DNA of 64,000 nucleotides from assembly GCA_904063045.1 (NCBI GenBank), contig CAJFCJ010000019.1:3168684-3232683 (forward strand), given 5' to 3'. Below the pieces are notes generated by a model. It ran no database searches. It worked only from the letters and a program-made list of their open reading frames with translations, and was not told the DNA's origin. This DNA comes from Dimorphilus gyrociliatus. Its lineage: Eukaryota > Animalia > Annelida. Shown here one piece after another: positions 28,007 through 38,112 of the stretch (positions within the stretch are counted from its first letter, which is position 1; each line of letters begins with the position of its first letter). The position numbers were made by a program, and so were the translations under genes.

Positions 28007-30909
28007 ATGGCGAATGATTCAACAACACCCCAGACTTCATCTACTCCTCTCTTCTGGTTACCGCAGACCTACGTAGCACCATCAGGCAATCACCCAATGG
28101 TAAGAACTAAGGACATTTTAACGGTCATATTTTGCTGTATACCCAGAGACACAAGCGTGTCTCTTTACTTCGTATATAACAAATACGCTTTTACGGGGTT
28201 TTACTAGTGACGATTTAACACTACAAGGGAATTATACCTAAGACTTAGACTTAGACAAACTGAAAACTGCGCGAGGCAGTGCATCGTTAAATCATCATGG
28301 TGGACGGTTATCGGATTTCGCTGTCCGGGCCGCGCCTACTCTAGTAATTTTCACCAAAGGCCAACTAGCTTTTGTATCTCGTTTAAATAGCAATGTAAAA
28401 GAGAGGCACAAAGATATAAAGGAGTTCTCCTTTCGACGCCTTTATTTCAAATTCATTCACCGTTTCTCAGCCGCGCGCATCCGCCATCACTCGACGCTCG
28501 TTTCTTTCCTTATCAGCCGTTTCGATCAGGGCGCCATCTATCGACCCGCATCCTCTTTGTTACTCAGCTAGTCTGTGAACTCTACAACAAAATTCACATG
28601 ATTGACTTAATAACTTAATAACTATTCCAAATTACTAAAATTACTGTGTTTTATTGTAGTTTGTCGCCGCCGCTGCTGCCGCTGCCCAGAATCCCATGGT
28701 GCAATATCCTATGACCGCTGCATCTTCTATAGATGAGTTGAATGCTGCTGTTGCTGCAGCCGTTCCCTCAGAGCAGACGGACCAAACAGATGCTGCTTCT
28801 ATCGTTAGTGCAGCTGTTACGACGACAAGTCAGCAGCAGCAGCTAACAACAACAACTATTACTACCAATACGCCTCCTGCGTCGACGACAGCAACTGAAA
28901 ATGAAATAGACAACCGGCGTTCAACATCTCCTCAAGTAACCGGTCCGAAGCGTTTACATGTGTCCAATATACCCTTTCGATATAGAGAAGCGGATCTTAG
29001 GGCCTTACTAGGCCAATTTGGCACCATTTTAGACGTTGAAATCATCTTCAACGAGCGTGGCTCTAAGGTATACAAAAGAGAAACACACATCATAACTAAC
29101 TTACATAACTTTTACAGTCGATTGCTGCGCCGCCCATTTCATTAAATATGAATAAATATTATAGTATATATAGCACGTGCTTGTAGGCTGCTGCAGCATG
29201 AACCACACTAACGGGTCTTGAACCGATTGTTAATATATACATGTATACATATACATACATACTTATATACGGGTATACTGTGCATATGTATGTATATATA
29301 TTTATATACTGTATATAAATTTATTTATTTATTTACAAGTAGCATTTACGGATAGACAAGAGTTAGGATATCTTTCTGCATAAAGTGTTAACGTTGTGTA
29401 TTTTAGCAATTATGCAAAATTAAAGTCAGAATAGTGTCGATACAACAAAGGAGATTACAACGTTTTTATCAGATTACATCAAACGCATGAAAACTTTCTC
29501 CTAGGTACCAAGATAGAAGAGAAACTTAAAAAAACTATCATTTTAGGCTTTGAGATAGTGTAAGAAAACTGGAGCTCTTTCTAAGCATTTACATCTATCA
29601 CATGCATACACATTTTCATTTTTCTAAGGCATTTATCACGAAATGATATAAGTTGATACTATTATTACATAAACTGTGCCGAATACGTTAAATTTAAACA
29701 TCTTGTTTTCAATACTACTTATATTGATGATTATGCATGTCTCTGCATACGTTGTATTAATGCATGCTATTGTCTCTCCTCCTGCATGCAGGGATTCGGT
29801 TTTGTGACGTTCGCGAATAGTGCTGATGCGGATCGGGCAAGAGAGAAAATGAACGGTCAAGTGGTTGAGGGCAGAAAAATAGAGGTGCATGTTTTTTTTC
29901 TTAAAAAAATATTGTTGTGAGAGTGTGTTGCATGCATGATTTGAACATATCTATCTACTTAAGTATATCTGGGCGGCAGTAGCAAAATAAACTGTGAGAG
30001 TGATCTTTTTCTCTCTTCACAGAGGCTGCCTGCCGGACTTTGTTTAAAAAAAAAAAATTTATGAGAGAGTGAGTGTGTTTGTCTTCGTTTGTGTGCAATT
30101 TTTTAACCGATCATGTGCTCAAAAATTAGGTTAACAACGCTACAGCAAGAATAATGACAAGAAAGAAAGATAGCACGGCAGCGGAGGCACTAAGAAGTAG
30201 TGTTGCAGCACTACAACGTTCTGGTAGAGTTCGTCCAACAGCTACTATTCCAATAGCTGGTCTCAGAACTCCTATTCAGATCCAATTACCAGGATTATTC
30301 CAAGATCCCTATTTGGCAAATTTAACAGCTGCATTTGGAGCAGAGAGATATCCGGTTAATATTTCTTTCCTATAGATGTCGCTACGTGTTATGCATTTAT
30401 ATAATGTCTTTACAGCACTTGGCCGCTACCTACGGTGCACGTTATGCTCTACCAACTGTAGCTACGGCAGCGTATACTGGTAATAGCGGGTATATATCAT
30501 AGTTTTCATATTTTTTTATATTTACCTAAGTAGATACATCGAAGATTGCATGTTGCGCAAATGTTTAAAGTTAATATACATAAAATGTTGACAGAATTGG
30601 CCGCGAACTTACTGCTGATCCTTACTTGGGACACAGCATAGGGCCAGTTGCAGGATATGGGGTACGTGTCACTAACATTTCTATAATGGCTGTTTCGCAA
30701 CAAGTGCATGATACTGTTTCTTTTCATTCTATCACTGCCATCTGATTTCAAAATCTTTCATTTTTTCAATATTCCTTCTGAACTATATCTCTTAGTTAGA
30801 AAGAGTTGTTTATTTGGTTTTACCAGGGGATGTTTTAAATTTTCCATTTTGTCAACAGGCCATTTACCGAGCAGCATCTGGTGGATACCAACGATTCGCT
30901 CCATATTAG
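28007..30909 (+). CDS. RBFOX: Rbfox (Fox-1/A2BP1) RRM splicing factor. Exons 28007-28099 (probable first), 28660-29067, 29792-29884, 30130-30354, 30416-30489, 30595-30661, 30859-30909
   Basis: [30 protein letters not shown]|[31 protein letters not shown]|[23 protein letters not shown] and C-terminal RFAPY* (PY-NLS); splice phases are consistent. Confidence 0.95.
29734..29938 (+). promoter_or_regulatory. Cluster of Rbfox-binding TGCATG elements around the 93-nt RRM exon
   Basis: TGCATG at 29734, 29761, 29783 (inside the 3' splice site), 29886 (overlapping the 5' splice site), 29929 and 29933. Confidence 0.85.
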
Positions 30910-31070
30910 AGGAAATACCTTAATGAGCTACAGACATTAGCATTACATACACTGCCACCTAATACTCAATTTATGTGGTGCTTGGGCTGTTGCAATCGTT
31001 TGAAAGACTTCACCTTTAAAAACAGACTTTTTTCACTCCTGCATCAATGAGAAAGCCGGATAAATGTAAC

Positions 31071-31085
31071 GCCGCTAGATGGCAG
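31071..31085 (+). promoter_or_regulatory. CTCF-like motif between Rbfox and TCF
   Basis: GCCGCTAGATGGCAG. Confidence 0.4.
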
Positions 31086-32084
31086 TAATGAGTTCATTTC
31101 AGCTACGTATCTTCGCAGAAATAAACAATTGATGTAGCACATCAGCATCATTGTTTAAATAGTAAACAATAATGAAATATCTGGTGCTATTGTTTATTTC
31201 TGATTTTTTTTTCTGAAAAGTTACCGCCATTTACCGGCTTAGATACTTTGATCGGTTGCTCGTTTAAGGATCTACACTACGCACACACATTGTTTTCGTC
31301 TAATGTTTAAGATAATTATTGTGTGTCTGGTGGTGTATAATTTTATAGTTCTGGTGCTTCGCCCAGGTAGAAAATCTTGCCAAAGGAACCCACCGACTAT
31401 CGTAATCTGGGCAGGCTATAGTCTTCCTTCGACCCAATTACTTTGCCATGTTAAATTAAGTTTAGTCATAAAAGTTATGTATTATTTTTGACTAGTCATA
31501 AATTCATGTAAACAGTCTTGTAACAGTTAAATATTTTGTTTCTATGAATTTTTCCTTTTTGGTATTTTGCTTAATTATGTAAAGTGTAATGTTGTGATTA
31601 AACAAAATAAATGTAATGTGTGATTTATTAAATAAATTATTTGAAACTTCTGGAAACGCTATGAAAACGTAAACTAATTTAATCCGGTAGATGACAGCAG
31701 TAGTCTTATTTACAAACACAACTTGAATTTATGATAAAATACAAAGTTTCTGGAATTAAATAAAGTAATTTAACGAAAGTAAAAATATAAAAAGGTTTTA
31801 AGAGATATACACAACGTAAAATAATAGGTAGAGAGAAAACGCGGGCTCTGAAAGCTTTATTGTTGACAGAGATCGGAACACGAACCAGATTTTAAGCATA
31901 AAATAGTAAGACGGTCGATGATTGGTGGGAAACGGCCAGATCGGACAAAGAGCGGCGAATTACGGGCGAATAAGGATAGTTCTTACTTATTCTATGGCGG
32001 ATTCAAACAGAGCACCGAGGCAGAGCGTGTAGCGTTAGATCTCTGCCGCAAAAATCACATCAAAAGCGCTCTTTTTAAGACAGC

Positions 32085-35000
32085 ATGCCGCACGTGAACG
32101 GCGGTGGTGGTGACGATTTAGCGTCAACAGATGAGGTTAAAGTTTATAAAGATGAAGGTGAAGATGAGACAAGAGAGAACTTGTCAGAAGATAAACTTGG
32201 CCTTGTCACCGAGACTGAAGAGGTAAGAGAGCGTTTGATGTTTGTGTGCATGACCAGAGCAATGTAAAATTGAATTTTCAGGAGAAGAATGCAGATATTG
32301 GCGGTAATTATGAAGGCAAGTCTCAGAATGCCTCATCTGATGGTAAGTAAGCGTTCGGGCGTTACACGCCCACTTTCTCTTTACGTTTCTTCTTTATCGC
32401 CCGTTGACCTGCTTTCATCCGCCGCTTCCTTTCTCCTACCTCGGTTTCTTGAAAGGAAACGAACGCTTTAAAAAAATATTGACTATTTCCCTTAATACGG
32501 CTCTGCCGCCACCGATCGATGGATGAGTTAGAAAATTGTTATGAGAAAAGCGAGTTGAGCATTCGAATTGATTACCGCTAGATCGTTCTTTGATGTTGTA
32601 GAGCGCGCCTTCCGTATGGCCGCTTCTTCAGTCTAAGAGAAGTTTGTTTGTCGGTGATTATTAAACGGCCGCGAGGTGTGACATTTTAGATTCCGCCGCA
32701 AAATAATGACTGCAAAAAAAAAGCGCTCGAGTGCAGTACTGTGAGAAAATAGGTCAGCTTTGATACTCTTCCTTTGATGTTCGTATTCTTTGATAGTCTT
32801 TCACGCGTCGACTTGTTTGTATTTCTGTTTGCTTGCAGGTTTTCTCTTATTGTTTTTCTCCTCCTGTATGCACTATGTATTCTCTTAGAAGGTAGAAACG
32901 ACGCACATCGACTATCCGCCTAATTATTGCATAAATACGCTCTTGTCGGCAAAGATGAAAGGCGCGCGAAAACTTTCATTTTTGATGGCGTCTAAGAGCC
33001 CACGCTCAACAACGATGAGGCTATAGCTTTTCACTGTTGTCGCTTCCCTAATCCCCAAAGAAATTTAAAGTCGTAACTAATAAGTTCCTACTCGAGATAA
33101 TATATTAACTGATACGACAGGATCAAAGAACGACGCCGCCATCAACGAACGTCTTTTTGGTATAGCTGGATTTCCGCTAGTCACTCCTTATCCGCCTGGA
33201 TATCCACCCGGTTTGGTAAGTGTTTTCTTTTTTCATTTTACTCAATCGAGCGGACCGTTCAACACCGACAGCTATCTACGTATTTACCAAGACATGAATG
33301 TCTTGCGAGTACACAAACATACTTCGCAAATGTCAATATTCGCTTTAGCCTTAGATAAGAACTTAAAGAATTTACGAATATGCATGCTTTACTGTTTCGT
33401 AGACGCTAGATGCGTCTACAACATATAAACGAACGTTCGGCAACATCAAAGCGCATTGATTCGTGTCACCTGTAGACGCCATAGGCGTAGAGCCGGACAC
33501 GTAGTCATTAAATATGCAATATAGACGTTCTACAACGATGCTGACCGTCGTCTGCGGTTTTTTCTCGCTTATCGACTTACTCTATATATCGATAGGCTAT
33601 CGAACAACTCTGAGCTACGCTCATGGCGTTATTAAATTAACTTTATTAGCGACAACACCTGGCTTTGTCGTCTACGGCGCTGTCAACAAGGCACACGACG
33701 CCCTGCCGCAAAGCAGATGAGCTGACGGCTGCAGGAAACGTCGGCGTCACAAAGGGACTGTCCAAGGCCGATTAGCTGCACTAGTAATTACTTTGATCTC
33801 TGCTCGCTGACGCCCGTCTAGCTTCTCTAATATCGCAAGCGCGTCTCCCTACGTCGTCATGACTACGCTTTGTTGACAAATCTGCGTATTAATTCGATAA
33901 GCGCCGTAGATAAGAATATTTTATATATATAGATATATATATATATATACATATATATATACAATACTTTACATTGTAGAAGTATATTTTGTATATTTTA
34001 CCGTAGATTATTTTATACTTATTTATTTACATTTCAACAAAACAACACTCGGTTGATTTTAGAATGTTTTATTGAGAATTCTTTTATACATTTTAATATG
34101 CGGTATGGATACTCTGTATGCGTAGACATCCTTGACTAGCCTGCTTCGGCTGGTGGTCATTACTTAGCAGATGGCGCCAGTGCGTCGCTATTGTACGAAT
34201 GTGACGCCCCGGAAAAGGTGCGAGTGACTTGGACAATGAAGTGATGAGGGCGTCATTATACTCGCAAGATGAGCACGCACAACGGACGAATTATGAAGAG
34301 ATGGTGCTGATTGGGCATCTAGAAAAATGACGCGTGTTTGGCCTGTAGTAGCCACTCAGTGTGTGCGTGACGCCCAGCAGCAGCCAGGTAACGCCGCATC
34401 GATCCGTAATCAGAACATCAAAGGCAGCGGCCGACATCAAAGGATGGAGAACAGTGGCTCCCCCGTTTGGCTGCGTGCTCAAGCTTTTCGCGCGTTTCTC
34501 CAACGATTTACCGACCTGTACTACAAATACACTGTAGCGCAGGTAAGAGGAGAGAAGGCGTATATATAACAGCTACTACGTGCGCAATCAGCTGACATCA
34601 AAGAACATCGTAGGGCTAATTACGTTTGTCCAAACTACTAATTGTCTACGTCATCAATGCAGTCGTTCGACCGTGATAATCTGTAATTGGCAGGCGTGTA
34701 GGATAATTTTCGAGGGAGCGTTTTACTGAGCGTCGCTGCTCAGAGATATTCGCAATAGAAGCAGCAACGACGGCATCTCTAATTGTTTTACCCGTTACAA
34801 ACGTCTGCCTTTGATGTTGCCGTTCGACGTTGCGCAGACTGCGACGGCATCTCCTTAACATCAAAGGGACTGCGCTTTACGCCTCACTGAACGTAGTTCG
34901 TGCCAAATTACGCTCGATTGCGCATGCGCATGGCCGCCGTAAAGCGTCTAATTGTAGATGTTTAACGATAAAGGAAGAATGTTTTTCAGGGCGGAAGAGT

Positions 35001-38000
35001 TGGCAGCTTTTCAGCTCACTCATCAAACCCGTTCGGCGTCTACGGCTATGACCATTTAGCGTCTCCTCCTCCGGCCCATATGGGCATACCGCCCGTCCAT
35101 ATCGATCCAAAAACTGGTAAGTACAAGTAGTTAGTATTTTAGAATAGGGTAGCCGCTTGCCACCCTGAGGCTATTCCTAAACTTCAAAGGAATTCTGCAT
35201 TTTTTCCCCCTTTCCAGTCATCACCGTTAGCTGTCGTTTCATTTTTGGGTAACGATTAGTTTAATCTAGTTATACCGTTAGTAGAGACGCGTAAGCGTAC
35301 GTGGAGGGCGGTTCCTTCTGACGCCAAAGGCGGAGCCAACTGCAACGTCGGATGAAAGTATCGCGTCGCTTTGATGCAAACGCCATCTTACGCAGTTTGG
35401 CATGCGTTAGGTACAATGTTCAAAAAGTACAAACCTTTTGATGATGTAGACTTCTAACGTGGCTTGCCTCTGCTAGATAATAGGGCGCTGTGTGGCGTCG
35501 GCTTTCAAAAGCTCGACGCCTCGTACTTGCGCGTGTGTGCGTCACTTTGACTCGCGCTTGCCGTCGGAATGAGAAAAAAATTATAAAATGAACGAGCAGC
35601 AACAAAATGAATGGGACTCTTGTTGGAATGCAGCTGCCAGTGACTGTGTGTGGCAGCAGCAAGGTCCTAGCGCTATTAAAAAAAGTTTGCTTACTTAGAC
35701 TAGTTTTTAAAAAAAAGTCTTTGCAACAGGTTTACCAAGACCACCAATGTATGGTCTGCCTCCTCCACCCACCGGACATTTGAGTGCCCTCTACCCAGAA
35801 CTTTCCAGTTGGTGAGTTTCATACTGAGTTTCTTTAGTTCAGTTTTTAAAGAGTTTTTTTGCTGATTTTGCTGTTTTCTTTGCAGGCACTCCCCTCCCGG
35901 TTCACCGTTCAGTGCATCGTCATTACGTAATCCCTACCATACAACCCTAGCCAATAGTCCTCTGGCACGCTTTTCGCCTCCAGGCTTACTACCCCCACCA
36001 GGAATACACCCAAGTGTACATTCATCGCACCAAGGTCTGCTGAAATGCGAGAATGATGGAAGCAGGTATGTCGTAATATATTTTAAACGAAATGATAGAG
36101 ACAAACCGAGGAGGCGCTTTACGCTTTGCCGCGCAAGTAGGTCAGGACGTTGAAGATGAAAGCGTCGAATCGCTTTGATGTTGGCCGGCAGGCACTAATC
36201 GCGTTGTACGAGTTACGATGCAATATACTTAACACAAGGAGAGAAGAGATGACGACGATTTCTAATAGTAGTCCTAAAGAACGTACCGATGTTGAGAGTA
36301 TAAATTAAAACGTAACAATATAGTAGCTCTTACTGCCTCCTCCAGAATCGACGATAACGCGTCTAATATGAATTCTTGCCGGAAAAATCACATAAAGAAG
36401 CCGTTAAACGCGTTTATGTTGTTTATGAAAGAGATGAGACCAAAAGTGGTAGAGGAGTGCGCCTTAAGGGAATCAGCGTTAATCAACCAAATTTTGGGAC
36501 GAAGGGTGAGAATTTTTTGTTTCTTTTACAGGTTAAACGGTGACGCTGGTTCGTCAGGCACGTCAACCGCGAGCGAGGATCAAAAACCTAGGCGTCCATA
36601 TGTAAAAAAGCCGCTAAATGCGTTCATGTTGTTTATGAAAGAAATGAGACAGAAAGTAGTAGAAGAATGCACCCTGAAAGAATCTGCAGCGATAAATCAA
36701 ATACTCGGCCGTAAGGTAAAGCCATTGCGCGGACGATGTAATCTTGCTGGCTGAGTTTTTCTCGTCTATGTTGGTGCGAACGTAGACATCATCGCCTTAT
36801 CAAATTTTTTATATAAAATATGTAGTTAGCATCAGCAGACCCTTGCTCATTCTACTGTATTTTTGACGGTTTTACTGATATAATCGTTTGACCTTTTTCC
36901 TCATTCAAATAACAGTGGCACGCATTAGATCGAGCTGAACAGGCTAAATATTATGACATGGCAAGAAAAGAAAAAGAACTTCACATGCAGCTTTATCCAG
37001 GATGGTCAGCTAGAGACAATTATGCTACTCATACAAAGAAGAAGAAGCGTAAACGAGCCTCAGAGGGTCAATCAGCAGGCAATCAGAGTATCAACAGCGA
37101 TTGTGAGTTTTTTTCTACTGAAAACTGTATCTTAAACGCGTTGAATCACTCTTCAGACGGCAACAGTCAAGCGAAGAAATGCAGAGCCCGTTTTGGCGTT
37201 GAACAACAGAGTCAGTGGTGCAAGCCGTGCAGGTATAGTTCTTTCACGATATTGAAGCTTCTTAATTGTGTATCAATTTGAACGCACTTTTTAAACAATC
37301 TTTATAATTATCAATTAAACTCTGATATTAATAACTGTGGACGCTTATTTCATGGAAGTGACTGGAACAGGTCAGATGCTGCTTCACCCGTGTGTGCTGG
37401 TTCATTATTACAGAATAGTTGTGGTGGTCTTGAACAACCCATCACCTCTTTACATCCTTCGAACGCTGCTCAGGTTGCCGATGCGTGACGCTGCAGGTGA
37501 CGCCGATAAAGCATGCGTCGTTTTTTGTTGTGACGCCACAGCTGTCCTCGTTGTGTACCGGTGGGTTCACCACCGTTCAAGTGAAGGATAGTGTATCGTC
37601 ACGAATTGGAGCATGAGACAGCACTGAAATGCATTTTTTCTTGTTGTTAATTTTGTTAGTTAATTGACGCTGCTTGTTAGATGCAGCAGCACTGCGGTTG
37701 GGTGTTACTAAACTGAATATTTGGTATTTCATACCGCAGTGCTGTCTCAAAAATATTAAGGCTAATTGTAATTGTGATAAATTTAGGAGATAAGTTTTTC
37801 GCTTTTTGCCGAGGAAAGCATGAAGCCGTCTGCATGATCAATTACTGACTTTTATATCGAGTTTTAACCGTCTGTTCTTTATTATACAGGAGGAAGAAGA
37901 AATGCATTAGATTCTTAACGGGCGATGAAGAAGTAGGTGGAAGTGATCTGGATAGTGACGCCTGTGATGAGTTAAGCGTCGCTTCACCTTCATCAAGTGA

Positions 38001-38112
38001 GGCTCCAGCCAGTCCTCGACCTTCAGTAGACGGGGAACATCCTCTGGCATTAACATCGAAAACTCCAGGCCCATCACTCACTCCTACTCGTCAACCGCTT
38101 CTAGCCACATGA
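32085..38112 (+). CDS. TCF: TCF/LEF (pangolin). Exons 32085-32222, 32282-32342, 33121-33215, 34990-35116, 35730-35811, 35886-36065, either 36346-36505 or 36532-36715, 36916-37102, 37157-37232, 37890-38112
   Basis: Beta-catenin-binding N-terminus ([16 protein letters not shown]), [21 protein letters not shown] box [15 protein letters not shown]...WSARDNYA, basic tail KKKKRKR and C-clamp [20 protein letters not shown]|RKKKCIR. Confidence 0.96.
33922..33960. repeat. (TA)n microsatellite
   Basis: Near-perfect TA run in TCF intron 3. Confidence 0.85.
34444..34542 (+). CDS. TCF: Candidate alternative first exon of TCF (isoform lacking the beta-catenin-binding domain)
   Basis: ATG-initiated 33 codons ([33 protein letters not shown]) ending at a CAG|GTAAGA donor in phase 0, matching the phase-0 acceptor at 34990. 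Confidence 0.5.
36346..36505 (+). CDS. TCF: TCF HMG-box 5' exon, copy A (alternative exon)
   Basis: CCTCCAG acceptor, GTGAGA donor; encodes ...[39 protein letters not shown]; enters in phase 2 and exits in phase 0. Confidence 0.85.
36532..36715 (+). CDS. TCF: TCF HMG-box 5' exon, copy B (alternative exon, canonical sequence)
   Basis: TTTTACAG acceptor, GTAAAG donor; encodes ...[39 protein letters not shown]; same phases as copy A. Confidence 0.9.

Larger units (their letters stand above)
32758..36179. promoter_or_regulatory. Cluster of TCF/LEF binding sites (CTTTGAT/ATCAAAG) within the TCF gene
   Basis: Exact 7-mers at 32758, 32772, 32788, 33122 (exonic), 33445, 33791, 34417, 34436, 34597, 34809, 34860, 35369 and 36173. 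Confidence 0.7.

Noticed and set aside
30355-30375. Apparent 21-nt intron in Rbfox (GTTAAT...TATAG)
   Set aside because: Too short to splice; the acceptor at 30415 gives a 61-nt intron and the correct frame.
36764-36787. 9-bp hairpin (GTCTATGTT/AACGTAGAC) downstream of HMG exon B
   Set aside because: Short enough to arise by chance, and the 26-nt spacer already explains mutual exclusivity.
37337-37591. ORF in the last TCF intron as an alternative terminal exon
   Set aside because: It has no convincing polypyrimidine acceptor and no TCF-like sequence; it cannot be excluded without RNA data.
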